A stretch of 63,803 nucleotides of DNA, the filler included, from Collodictyon triciliatum (lineage: Eukaryota): NCBI GenBank assembly GCA_043381765.1. It is 8 parts of 8 records of this genome, joined end to end, with 100 filler letters (N's around TTAATTAATTAA, not from the genome) between each part and the next. Parts side by side here need not be neighbours in the genome. Positions count along the whole stretch, not along the records: positions 47,938 to 55,822 come from JBHJMP010003697.1; positions 55,923 to 63,803 come from JBHJMP010003698.1; 6 more parts are not named here. The stretch is one strand, 5' to 3'. Below the pieces are notes generated by a model. That model was given only the letters and a program-made list of their open reading frames with translations, had not been told where the DNA came from and did no database searches. The position numbers and the translations under genes are program-made. This document shows, piece after piece, positions 51,201 to 63,803 of this stretch. Within the stretch, counting starts at the first letter, position 1. Each line of letters begins with the position of its first letter.

Positions 51201-54200
51201 TCCAGCAGAAAACGAAAATAAGGAACGCTCTCCCAGAACACGACCTGGTAGCGCTCCTCCTTCCAGCGGACCTCGTGTGATTATACCATATCGTCCTTCG
51301 TCTGCAGCTGCCAAGAAAACACCCAGTGACGCGGCTGAAGCGCAAATTCAACCGACAAATGCTCCCACGTCGGCTCCAGTGCAGAATCCGAACCCACCTT
51401 CCAACCCGCGGCCAGCCTCTGCGCTGTCAAATGCCGAGCGAGAATCTCCGCACACTTTTGTGTTGAATAAGTATCACCAAGTCGTTTCTGAAAATCGACC
51501 GGCGAGTCCGCAGACAGGAGCATCATCGGCCAACAGCGCGCAACAAGCCCTTTGGTATCGTAGAAATGATATTATTCAGCAAAGAGCTGCGGAAAATGGC
51601 GGGACTCCTGGGAATCCAACAGCCGAAAAAGAAAAGTATTACTATATACTTCTGCTATGCTTTCTTTTGTCTTTTTTTTTCTTTCGAGTTTTTATATAAT
51701 TTTCAACCTCATGGCAAACATTAAATATGACACAAAGATAGGAGAAGAAAAGCTTTTCATCGAGACGCCAGAATATTTATAATTCATCGAACTTTAAGGT
51801 CTTCAGTTGCAGGCTTATTTCGAGTGGACGCAGATAAGTCGATTCCCTCGCAAGAAATAATAACGGACGCTGATAAGGAGGATGTTGTTTCAAAGATTGG
51901 TAAAGGCAGCTCCAGAACTTTAATGTCCATTTTGCAGTATTGACTTGAATTTTTTGAAGAAAAAGACACAACCATAATCCCAATCTCAAAAAATTATTCC
52001 GATGATGTCGCTAAACAAAAGCACTTCAATATTTATATTTAGTCAACACTTTCAAACAAAGCAACCTGTCAAATCCTGCCCCTCAGCCTGAGGCAAATCC
52101 TATTGAAGCTATCCAAGAAAGTGAAAAGCCAACTGTATCCTTCCCCACGCCGAGTACTACAGAATTGAAGAAGAAAGCTTCTGATATGAATCATGCTGCT
52201 TTTTGTCCGACCTCGGCTGATGCCAATCACCACATGGCTCAAAATGAATCAGGCGAGTTGGAGGATATCGAAAACGACGATGCATCCTCCGAATTTGTTG
52301 AGGAGATTGTGGAAGAAAATCAAATAACCGGAGCTTTTGCCAAAGCAGCGCAAATAGACAACCAAAAACCAAGCACTAGAGTCAGAAGCATGTTTGCGAA
52401 TGTGGAAAAAGAAAGGTTTATTTAAGTTCTCGTCTGCGATTACATAAATGTGTTTAAAGTGAAAGCTATTTTATTTAAGCATAAACTAATTATTGGTGCT
52501 TAATTTCAAAAAAAAATGGAATGTTTTTCTTTATTCTAAAAGTCTTAGCTGTTGAGCCCGTCTCAACAATCTAAAATATGGAATGTTACCTTAGCTGTAC
52601 CTCATAATATAATAATAATTAACATAATATTATGATACTAGCCAAGATAGTAAGCTTATGCCTCAATCGAAATTTACAGCTCATCGACTGCAAAGTGATG
52701 TATGTGTCCAGTTGAATCTTATTGTTAATGCAAAAAAAAAATAAATAAATTATGACACTATGGTTTTATATTCACAAAATGCTTTTGGTATATTTTATTT
52801 ACATAAACTCTGTAGATAGGAAAATACAATGATATCAAGCAAGCGACAGAAAAACCTCAGGTCCTCTATTTATTTTAGCAAAATCATTGTGATACGGACA
52901 GCGGAATTTATTAGCTCTTTTTCTTGTTGGATTTTAATATAAAAAGGGAGAAGGAATTATAACAAAGAATTTGTACTACCCATCACATCTTCACTCTGAC
53001 CCTATGCATCGACACATTCTAAATATATTCGCTATGTATAGAAAACTGACAAAGAGAATAGCCAAGGAAGGTAACTGTGCTTTACCATACGAATCAATAT
53101 AATAACTCGCTTTGTGAAATGTTTTTCAAGTTTGTTTTAAATTGCTTTCATCACTTGTTTCTACCTCTGCTAACCTACATTATACCTTATGCAAAATCAG
53201 AATCATATTTGCAGATAATGGTCTCTTTGGGCCTGAGCAGTCCAGCACTCAGAATATGAGAATCGGGACACGGGCTCGGGTAGCGTCTCCCATAGTGTTT
53301 CATGACCCACGAAAGATTGTGAAGACCGAAGAGCATGAGGCCGGGGACAGTGACGGAGAAAACACACTTGACCCGCATAAACAATCTATGCAGTTTTCAA
53401 TCAAAATGGCGGCAGTGACTCCGCGGAAGGAGACAAACACCGTCCTGATGAAGCAGAGATATATGCGTGGCCCGTCGTCTCAAGAGCCCTTTGGATATGC
53501 TCGCAATGGGCATGATTTGTATGAAGGCTTGGGCCACCTTATGAACGACAATCAAGAAAGGCATTTGCAACACGACGGGAAGAGTGTATCAAGCTCGTCG
53601 CAACTTGGGTCCAAGTCGCCAAAGAGCCCGGGTACAAAAGCCGTTCAAGCAGCCTCCAAAATAATATACGCTTACCAGAACAACGGAGGAAACCCTGTCG
53701 TGCCATACCCGCGCTCGGCATCGTCCGACAAAGCGTCAAAAGGACTACTCGCTGACTCATCGCAACCCTCACAACCACAAACTGTAGTTATCATGAACAG
53801 ACCATCGGTAAGAGCATCGAGCTTATATTTCCTTCTGTCAATCCAGAGAAAGCCATCTCTAATTTGCAAGTGTCTTGATGAAGGTGGTGTGTGTTTGAAT
53901 CGGTTATTTTAATAATATAATAACCTCATTATGACTCAGAGTGCTCAAGCCAAAAAGAGATTTCCGGAATACGATACCCGACCAGTAGTTTTCCAGGGAA
54001 ACGCACAAGGTAATAGATTCATACTAGGCGACGAAAATTTATCACATATGTATATACGTGCACAGGGATATGAGTTCATTGAACGTTTGATTGTGATATC
54101 TTGTTGAAGAGACACCGATTAATCTGAATAAAATAAAACAAAATAAACATTTAAGCTCGATTACTTTCGCTTTCTGTCTAGAATTGATAGCAAAATACCG

Positions 54201-54606
54201 CTCCCCTCAACAAAAACCAAACGTCAATAAGGTAATATATATATAAACCATCACAATCCACAAAATCATGGTAAATTCTCTTCGGATGGAACAGCTCTTA
54301 CACTTTCATTTCATCTAGAATTTCCAAGCGGTTGTACGCACAAAGCCTCGGAATAGTAATTATTCAACAACAAACAACAAACAAAAAAAAAAAAAACCTC
54401 TAAAACCCTGTGTCACTGCCTTCCTGATTTCCGATATGCTTTGTGTTTACTTCATCCTTGACGAGGCTCGCAAATGTTGGTATCTAGAAAATCAGCTTTT
54501 CTTCCACGACGTTTACTCTGTAATCTGCAATCTCTTTGTAGGCCCCGTTCATGACGATATACAGGCAGTGGCCAATCTTCCAGACTACGGAACCAATCCT
54601 CGCTGA
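48215..54606 (+). CDS. NIMA-related (NEK) Ser/Thr kinase with long low-complexity C-terminal tail, multi-exon
   Basis: LGKGSFGSVYKV, CVKQI...AINE/VKILACLDHPYIIRYYDAF, LNIVMELA, ILHRDLKSLNILL, IGDLG, VGTPYYLSPEMCEKKPY, ADIWALGVILYE, HPF. Tail exons run to DIQAVANLPDYGTNPR*; assignment of the whole tail to one gene is less certain. Confidence 0.88.
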
Positions 54607-55088
54607 TATGCAAATCCCATGAAGAGGATGAATTCTTGATGCAAAAAGGCATGTAGAGGAAATAGTGAAGTAGTGAAGGGCAAAGATTATCTTCATCTCT
54701 GGATGGACTGTCTTATTCATTCACCACACACTTGTCCGCTGCTGATTTTATGCTTCTAACCACCCTGCCACACATTTGTTACATATTGTGCGTAATTGTT
54801 GATCTTTACATTTTTTTTTTAAAAAATAATAATAATCCATTTTGCATAGTCAATATACTAATTGGTGAGTGTTGTTCAATATCCCAATCCAAAGGCACTA
54901 TCTCATATTCTTATTTTTCTTTAAAAGCAATTAAATAAGAACCCATCGTTCTCTACACATTTCGAGAGTGATTATTTGGAACAAATTATTTGAAACAAAC
55001 AAACGCAGCTTGCGGCGAGCATGCGATTTATTGATTCGTTTTTATTTATACGAAGGCCCTTTTTTTTTCAAAGACAGAAAAGTAATGA

Positions 55089-55645
55089 TTAAGAGAAAGG
55101 ATTTTCGATGACTAGTTTCACATATTTTCCTCGCGATTGACGAACAGAATCCTACAGTTAAAAAAGAAGCGTATGTTATGAGGAAAATATCAGTTTCGGT
55201 TGTGAGTGAAAAATAAATATTAGAAGAAAACAGCAATCTCTCTTTTAAAAGATACTAGAGTGGCGGTTGTAAAAAGGACAAGCAATCGAATTGTCAAGAG
55301 TGACAAACTTTCCATTCAGAGTCGTTGCAAAGGATAATTGTCTTTTGGGTCGGGGAAATCCATGATAAGAGATAACGCGGTGGTAGACTTCAAGCAGGAA
55401 CATCACAATGGATACAGTTAAATGCGGTGAAAATGAAAGGACAGATACATGTTATGCTAAATATATGTGGTGGATGTATCTGGCTTACTGTAGAAACGAC
55501 TCCCTCATCTTTCGACATAGATCCAGAAAAGACGCGTCCTCGGCGATAAGCAAATGCTTCGCTTCCTCTTCCAGAGAACACTCAACAATGACTAAGGATT
55601 TAGGACTTTCTTCATGATTGTCCAAATGAATTGAGTCTGGATGCG
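55089..55645 (-). CDS. 3' end of a gene ending in a PB1-like domain
   Basis: Three phase-compatible exons give VIVECSLEEEAKHLLIAEDASFLDLCRKMRESFL/HLPPRYLLSWISPTQKTIILCNDSEWK/DSVRQSRGKYVKLVIENPFS*, a beta-grasp/PB1-like pattern. Confidence 0.55.
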
Positions 55646-55726
55646 ACTTGAAAGGTTAATATCTCGATTGTCCAGTGAGGAAAAATAATGGACCGCCACA
55701 GACAACGATGTCTCTCTATGATAATG

Positions 55727-55727
<1 letters not shown>

Positions 55728-55822
<95 letters not shown>
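55728..55822. repeat. (AAC)n at contig end
   Basis: Tandem trinucleotide. Confidence 0.95.
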
Positions 55823-55922
55823 NNNNNNNNNNNNNNNNNNNNNNNNNNNNNNNNNNNNNNNNNNNNTTAATTAATTAANNNNNNNNNNNNNNNNNNNNNN
55901 NNNNNNNNNNNNNNNNNNNNNN
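55823..55922. other. Artificial contig-joining linker
   Basis: N-run, TTAATTAATTAA, N-run. Confidence 0.98.
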
Positions 55923-56480
55923 TGATTTATTCTCATGTCCCAATAATAATGAGGCTAATTTACATGAGTCCCATAATTAATATTGTTTTCCGTATGTCGT
56001 AAATTGATATATTTGTTTTTAATACATGATTCAACTAATAATTGATTAGTGATTTCCCTTAAAGTATCAAATCAAAACCTACATTTTGGTGATAGAAAAG
56101 TGATTAAAAATATTACATTGGACGAATAATTTTTATCATTTTATCAAAATTTGTGAGTTGATATCGAGTTATTTTGATATGTTGACTGTTTTGCATTTTT
56201 TGTAATTATCATAAATCGACTGATTAAGTCACTATACCATCAAATAAAATAGTCATATTTATCAATGGATGTAAATAATAGTATTCATATTTTGAGAGAT
56301 TTTTAAATTAAATTTATTGAAGTTATGAGTAGATAATCTATCTATGTATTTTTGAATCAATAAATGATAATTGAGTAGAATGGTTCGATATTAGATATTT
56401 AAGAAAATTTGTTGATTGGGTATTACACCACTTCATAAAATTTTGTATAAATGTTTAAATACTTGTCATAATAGTTTAGA

Positions 56481-59400
56481 ATGAGACTGAACTCAAAGTC
56501 GTTTGCAGCTGTGTTGCTGTTGGGTGAGTTTTACTTTACTTGTTTTAATTTTATTGACTTCAAATTACATATAATTTTTATAATATATCTTTAGGATTGA
56601 TACTCCATTGCCAAAGATGTCTTGTTGAAGGGCAAGATGATTCGATTCGCACATTGACTGGTCATAATAATGATGTTAACGGTGTTGCGATTACTCGGGA
56701 TGGCATAAAAATTGTGTCTGGAAGTAGTGATAAAACAATCAAAATCTGGAATCTTTCTGATGGAGCCTTGATTCGCACATTGACTGGTCATACTAGTACT
56801 GTTACAAGTGTTGCTGTTACACATGATGGCTCGAACATTGTTTCTGGAAGTTATGATAATACAATCAAAATTTGGAGTCTTTCTGATGGAGCTTTGATTC
56901 GCACATTGAATGGTCATGCTATTATTGTTGAGAGTGTTGCTGTAACTCCGGATGGCTCAAAAATTGTTTCTGGAAGTTATGATAAAACAATCAAAATCTG
57001 GAATCTTTCTGATGGAGTTTTGATTCGCACATTGACTGGTCATACTGATTGGGTTATGAGTGTTGCTGTTACTCCTGACGGTTCAAAAATTGTTTCTGGA
57101 AGTGATGATAAAACAATCAAAATTTGGAATCTTTCTAATGGAGTTTTGATTCGCACATTGACTGGTCATACTGATTGGATTCGTAGTGCTGCTGTTACTC
57201 CGGATGGCTCAAAAATTGTTTCTGGAAGCTATAAAGAAATCAAAATTTGGAATCTTTCTGATGGAGCTTTGATTCGCACAATAACTGGTCATACTAGTTG
57301 GGTTTGGAATGTTGCTGTTACTCCTGATGGCTCAAAAATTGTGTCTGGAAGTGATGATAAAACAATCAAAATTTGGGGACTTTCTAATGGAGCTTTGATT
57401 CGCACATTAATTGGTCATACCTATTATGTTAATAGTGTAACTATCACTCCTGATAGCTCAAAAATTGTATCTGGAAGTGGTGATGGTACAATCAAAATCT
57501 GGGGACTTTGTGTCGCTGGTCAGTTTTATGATACCGTTTCAAAGTCTTGTCAATTATGCACATCTGGTAGCTATAGTGCTGCAGGAACGTCATCTTGTTC
57601 TTTATGCCCTTTCGGTACATACAACCCATCTATTGGTCAAGTAACTTGTCTTTTATGTGCAGCTGGTACATACAACCCATCAATTGGTTCTACAAGTATT
57701 GGTGCCTGTCTTTCATGTGCAGCTGGCACATACAATCCATTTACTGGTCAAGCTACCTGTATTTCATGTGCAGCTGGAACATACAATCCATCAACTGGCT
57801 CTACAAGCTCTGCTTCCTGCATTTTTTGCCAAGAAGGAAAATACAACAACAAAACTGGTCAGATATCATGCCCTAATTGCGAACCAGGAACATATAGTCC
57901 ATCAAAAGGACAGACTTCTTGTTTTGGCTGCCCATTAGGATTCTACAATCAAGAATCAGGAAAAACATTTTGCACACCATGCGGCCCAGGAACGTACTCG
58001 AATTCGACAAAAGGGAAATCTTGCGAAAAATGTCCAGCGGGGACTTTTAATCCTAATGTTGCATCTTCTAGCATAAGCAGTTGTCAACCGTGTCCACGAG
58101 GGAAATTTTCACCTAAATCAGGTGAATCAATATGCGAAATTTGTCAATCTGGTTCGTACAATCAATATCTAGGTCAGACTGGGTGCACTAATTGTACTGA
58201 TGGAACATATAATCCAAGATTTGGCTCAACAAGCAACAAATCATGTGTTGAGTGCCCGCAAGGAACCTATGGTAATGAGCAAAGAGATGAATGTTTATCA
58301 TGCCCAGCTGGTACATTCAACATTGAAACCGGCTCATTTAATCAATCATCGTGTATTTCATGTCCAAATGGAAGCTATAGCTCAGAAAGAAGCTCATCAT
58401 GCAGTTTATGCTTACCAGGATTCCATCAAAAAGATGGAATCACAAAAGACTCACAATCATGCTACGCTTGTCCGAAAGGCACATTCAACTCAAACTCCGG
58501 CTCATATGGAAACAAATCATGTACTGAATGTCCACAAGGTACTTGGAATGATAGAGATGGTCAAGCGTCATGCACATCATGTCCGGCTGGTACATTCAAC
58601 AATAAAACAGGCTCATATAATCAATCATCATGCATTTCATGTTTAAACGGAAGCTACAGCTCAGAAAGAAGCTCTTCATGCAGTTCGTGCTTATCAGGAT
58701 TCTACCAAAAAGAAGGAATCACAAAAGACTCACAATCATGCTACGCTTGTCCGAAAGGAACATTCAACTTGAACTCCGGCTCATATGGAGACAAATCATG
58801 CATTGAATGTCCGCAAGGTACTTGGAATGATAGAGATGGACAAACATCATGCGCATCGTGTCCAGCTGGTACATATAACAATAAAACTGGCTCATTCAAT
58901 CAGTCATCATGCATCTTATGTCCGAATGGAAGCTACAGCTCAGAAAGAAGCGCATCATGCAGCTTATGCTCACCAGGATTTTATCAAAAAGAAGTAATCT
59001 TAAAAGACTCAAGCTCATGCTATGCTTGTCCAAAAGGCACATTCAACTCAAACTCCGGCTCATATGGAAATAAATCATGCGTTGAATGCCCACAAAGTAG
59101 TTGGAATGATAGAGATGGTCAAGTATCATGCACATCGTGTCCAGCCGGTACATTCAATAATAAAACTGGCTCATTCAATCAATCATCATGCATTTCATGT
59201 CCAAATGGAAGCTACAGCTCAGCTGGAAGCTCATCATGCAGCTTATGCTCATCAGGATTCTATCAAAAGGAAGGAATCAATAAAGACTCACGCTCATGCT
59301 ACGCTTGTCCAGAAGGAACATTCAACTCAAACTCCGGCTCATATGGTAACTCATCATGTATTGAGTGTCCACAAGGTACTTGGAATGATAGAGATGGGCA

Positions 59401-62400
59401 AGCGGCATGCACATCATGTCCAGCTGGTACATACAACAATAAAATTGGCTCATTCAATCAATCATCATGCATTTCATGTCCAAATGGAAGTTACAGCTCA
59501 GCTGGAAGCTCGTCATGCAGTCTATGTTTATCAGGATTCTATCAAGAAGAAGGTATCATAAAAGACTCAAAATCATGCTATGCTTGTCCAAAAGGCACAT
59601 TCAACTCAAACTCCGGCTCATATGGTAACTCATCATGCATCAAATGCCCACAAGGTACTTGGAATTATAGAGATGGTCAAGCATCGTGCACATCGTGTCC
59701 AGCCGGTACATTCAACAATAAAACTGGCTCATTCAATCAATCATCATGTCTATCATGTACAAATGGGAGCTACAGCTCAGAGAGAAGCTCTTCATGTAGT
59801 CTATGTTTATCAGGATACTATCAAAATGAAGGAATCAATAAAGACTCAAGCTCATGCTATGCTTGTCCAAAAGGCACATTCAACTCAAACTCCGGCTCAT
59901 ATGGTAACTCATCATGTATTGAATGTCCACAAGGTAGTTGGAATGATAGAGATGGTCAAGTATCATGCACATCATGTCCAGCGGGTACATTCAATAATCA
60001 AACTGGCTCATTCAATCAATCATCATGTGTGTCATGTCCAAATGGAAGCTACAGCTCAGCTGGAAGCTCATCGTGCAGTTTATGCTCATCAGGATTCTAT
60101 CAAAAAGAATACATCACAAAAAACTCCAAATCATGCTATGCTTGTCCAGAAGGCACATTCAATTCAAACTCTGGCTCAAATGGAAACAAATCATGTACTG
60201 AATGTCCACAAGGTAGTTGGAATGATAGAGATGGTCAAGTATCATGCACATCATGTCCAGCTGGTACATTCAACAATAAAACCGGCACAGTCAACGAGTC
60301 ATCATGCATCTTATGTCCAAATGGAAGCTACAGCTCAGCTGGAAGCGCATCATGCAGCTTATGTTTATCAGGATTCTATCAGCAAGAAAATATCATAAAA
60401 GACTCAAAATCATGCTATGCTTGTCCAAAAGGTACATTCAACTCAAACTCTGGCTTATATGGTAACAAATCATGTATACAATGTTCACAAGGTACTTGGA
60501 ATGATAGAGAGGGTCAGGCATCATGCATATCATGTCCAGCGGGTACATTCAATAATCAAACGGGCTCATTCAATGAGTTATCGTGCATATCATGTCCAGA
60601 TGGGAGCTATAGCTCAGAGAGAAGCGCATCATGCAACTCATGCTCATCAGGATTCTATCAAAAAGAAGAAATGATGAAAGACTCAGAATCATGCTATGCT
60701 TGTCCAAAAGGCACATTCAACTCAAACTCTGGCTCATATGGAAACAAATCATGCATTGAATGTCCACAAGGTACTTGGAATGACAGAGATGGTCAGGCAT
60801 CATGTACATCCTGTCCAACTGGTACATTCAACAATCAAACTGGTTCATTCAATCAATCATCATGTCTATCATGTACAAATGGAAGCTACAGCTCAGAGAG
60901 AAGTGCATCATGCAGTCTATGTTTATCAGGATTCTATCAGCAAGAAAATATCATAAAAGACTCAAAATCATCCTACGCTTGTCCAAAAGGCTCATTCAAC
61001 ACAAACTCTGGCTCATATGGAAATAAATCATGTATTGAATGTCCACAAGGCACTTGGAATGATAGAGATGGTCAAGCGTCATGCACATCGTGTCCAGCCG
61101 GTACATTCAATAATAAAACTGGCTCATTCAATCAATCATCATGCATTTCATGTCCAAACGGAAGCTACAGCTCAGAAAGAAGCGCATCATGTTTTTCATG
61201 CTCATCTGGATTCTATCAAAAAGAGGGAGTAATAAAAGACTCAAAATCATGTTATGCTTGTCCAAAAGGCACATTCAACTCAAACTCCGGCTCATATGGG
61301 AACTCATCATGTATTGAATGTCCGCAAGGTACTTGGAATGATAGAGATGGTCAAGCATCATGCTCATCATGTCCAGCTAGTACATTCAACAATAAAACTG
61401 GCTCATTCAATCAATCATCATGTGTTTCATGTCCAAATGGAAGCTACAGCTCAGCTGGAAGCTCATCATGCACATCATGTTCACCAGGATTCTATCAAAA
61501 AGATGAAATCTTAAAAGACTCAAGCTCATGCTATGCTTGTTCAAAAGGCACATTCAACTCAAACTCCGGCTCATATGGTAACTCATCATGTACTGAATGT
61601 CCACAAGGTACTTGGAATGATAGAAATGGTCAAGCATCATGCACATCATGTCCAGCTGGTACATTTAACAATAAAACTGGCTCATTCAATCAATCATCAT
61701 GTGTTTCATGTTCAAATGGAAGCTACAGCTCAGAAAGAAGTGCATCATGCAACTTATGTCCCACACGCTCAACGACAACCTTAAAAGGTTCTAAATCAAT
61801 CGATCAGTGCAAATGTATATATTCCTATATATCATTCAATGGTGCTTGCACATGCCCTCCGGGACAGTTCGAAGATGGTAATAAATGTGTTCCGTGCAGA
61901 ATAGGTTCATACAAACCAACAAATGGCACGAATTTCTGCCTATCCTGTGACGATAAATTTACAACAAAAAATAATGGCTCGATGAATTCAACCGATTGTA
62001 TCTGTAGTACTGGATTTGAACACAGAAACTCCAATTGCGAATGCAAACCTGGATGGTATGAAAAGCAGAAGAACTGCTATGAATGCCCAGCAAGCGCTTA
62101 CAATGGAAACTTTGGACAAAGCTTTTGCGAAAAATGCCCAATAAACTCATACACAAATATGACTGCATCAACCTCAATATCAGATTGCAAATGTCTTCCA
62201 TTTACATATTTCGACTCAAAGACCGAGCAGTGTAAGTCTTGCCCAACAGGATTTATTTGTGATGGAACCAGTCAACCGAGTGTTGCACCTGGATATTGGA
62301 AAGCGCCTACATCAAATGGAGAATACATTTCTTACAAATGTCTTAATGAAGATGCTTGCAACGGAGGTAATAACACCTGCGCTGAAGGATATACTGGGGC

Positions 62401-63670
62401 TTTATGCAGTATTTGTGAAAAGGGTTTTGGTAAAACAGGTGTTTATTGCACTAAATGCCCCAACCAAAGAACGAGTGGATTTTTAGTATTCCTAAGTATT
62501 GCAGTACCTTTATTGTTTGTTCTGTTCATGATAGAGCAATCGAGACAACCAAAGACGGCAAAAATACAGATTCTAAAAACTCTTTCATCGCATTTCCAAG
62601 TTTTGTCATATCTGGCGAACTTTGATGTGAACTGGAGCTCCACTATTATTTCAATAATGAAAATACCAGCCTCCTTTTCATTTTCTTTATCTATAGACAC
62701 GTATCCTATTGAATGTAGATTTGAAATGACAATTTACGATAAGGTTCTGTATTCGATGATGACCCCTCTTATGTTAATAGGACTAGTTCTTTTTATAGTT
62801 ACAGCCAAGATTGTATGGAAACTAAGAAACCATCAAATTAATAGCAGGGATGTTACTTTCTTCAAAATTAACCAAGAGTTTATATTTTCCATGCTGGTCA
62901 TGCTATTTTTTGTTCATCCTACGATTATGTCGTCAATATCAAACATCTTCCGTTGCGAGAGGTTTGGTGATGAAAGATACTTGAAGGCTGACATGTCCAT
63001 AATGTGCGATGATGCAAATTATATGGCTTGGAAAAACATATCTCTTGTTTATGTGATTCTGTATTGTATTGGTGGCCCGTTTATTCTCGCGGCATACATG
63101 TTATATAAAAGGTCATCACTGATTGATCCAGCATCAAGCACTTACAACTTACTCCGATTTTTGGTTGATGGATACAAGGAAGAATGCTTTTACTGGGAAA
63201 TCGTGACTATGATGCAAAAACTGCTTGTCGTTTTGATAAGCATTTTCTTTTCTTCAGCCTTACAAATTTACTTTGGATTGTGGTTACTTTTAATGACGAT
63301 TGCATCATCTCTGTATTTCAAGCCATTCATGTCCAACGTGCTCAGGAAGTCACAACTTTACTCAATATCGGTCCTTTACTTTACCTTGATGACAAGCCTT
63401 CTCTTCAGATATACAGAACTTAGTATATTGTCGGAATATTTTCTTGTGGCACTGGTTGTTTTGTTGAACTTTATGATTGCAGCTGTCTCTTTAATGAAAG
63501 CTGGGCCTGCTCTGCTCGTGTCTTTCTTGATTAAAATAGAAAGATTTGTAGAGCCAATTTATGAATACATGATGGAATCATCCGTCATCACTTACATGAA
63601 AAACAAATTGGCAATAAACAAAAAAGATATCGAAATGACAGATTTCAATGATGCTGCCACATCTCTTTAA
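56481..63670 (+). CDS. Large surface protein: signal peptide, 7 WD40 repeats, Cys-rich GCC2_GCC3/TNFR-like repeats, EGF-like module, ~9 TM helices (CRMP-like)
   Basis: Exon 1 (56481-56523) plus exon 2 (56595-63670) give MRLNSKSFAAVLLLGLILHCQRCLVEG, then GH...IVSGS.DKTIKIW x7, CPAGTFN/CPQGTW repeats, CAEGYTGALCSICEKGF, and a hydrophobic C-terminus with FYWEIV. Confidence 0.9.
56644..57505 (+). repeat. Seven near-identical 126-bp WD40-coding repeats
   Basis: ATTCGCACATTGACTGGTCAT recurs every 126 nt; the fifth unit is one codon short. Confidence 0.93.
58290..61770 (+). repeat. ~12.5 tandem 279-bp (93-aa) Cys-rich coding repeats
   Basis: TGGAATGATAGAGATGG (WNDRDG) and CPAGTFNNKTGSFNQSSC recur every 279 nt. 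Confidence 0.95.
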
Positions 63671-63687
63671 AAAGATTACTTAAATTT

Positions 63688-63803
63688 CTCTCACTCTCTC
63701 ACTCTCTCACTCTCTCACTCTCTCACTCTCTCACTCTCTCACTCTCTCACTCTCTCACTCTCTCACTCTCTCACTCTCTCACTCTCTCACTCTCTCACTC
63801 TCT
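63688..63803. repeat. (TCTCAC)n at contig end
   Basis: Tandem hexamer immediately after the stop codon. Confidence 0.95.

Noticed and set aside
52135-52144. Perfect U12 donor-like GTATCCTT in the NEK tail (another at ~46882 in the Fanzor relic)
   Set aside because: Both lie inside continuous reading frames (PTVSFP; SVSLTRD) with no suitably placed branch point and acceptor.
57595-61784. Repeated His/Gln-rich alternative-frame ORFs (MLVQKAHSTQTPAHM...)
   Set aside because: Shifted-frame shadows of the Cys-rich repeat array, interrupted by stops.
63688-63803. (TCTCAC)n as a telomere
   Set aside because: Not a TTAGGG-like G-rich repeat, and other contigs end in different microsatellites, so it is an ordinary assembly break.

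Overview
This is eukaryotic, AT-rich, intron-dense genomic DNA, probably from a protist; the species cannot be named from sequence alone. The window is not one locus. It is eight ~7.9-kb contigs joined by artificial 100-bp linkers (N-run, TTAATTAATTAA, N-run), and most contigs break at microsatellites, so many genes are truncated. Genes recognised by manual exon joining: ARMC7-like, tRNA-Pro(AGG), two coiled-coil proteins, cysteine synthase, a GT90/CAP10 glycosyltransferase, an SLC38/AVT amino-acid transporter, ADHFE1, a CLP1-like 3' end, a two-domain transmembrane adenylyl cyclase-like protein, an ankyrin protein, tRNA-Gly(GCC), a four-domain-type voltage-gated cation channel (domains I-II), a pseudokinase-Sel1 protein, a NEK kinase, a PB1-like fragment and a ~2,370-aa WD40/Cys-repeat/multipass membrane protein. 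Highlights: (1) a decayed Fanzor1 (TnpB-derived RNA-guided nuclease) element that keeps its RuvC D-E-D residues, with a structured candidate omegaRNA and adjacent Helitron-like STPR repeats; (2) a CRMP-like surface receptor tipped by an apparently extracellular WD40 propeller whose repeats vary mainly at the positions that are hypervariable in fungal HET-E; (3) a U12-type intron and a Nav-like D/E filter start in the ion channel; (4) a cyclase and a kinase with degenerate catalytic motifs.
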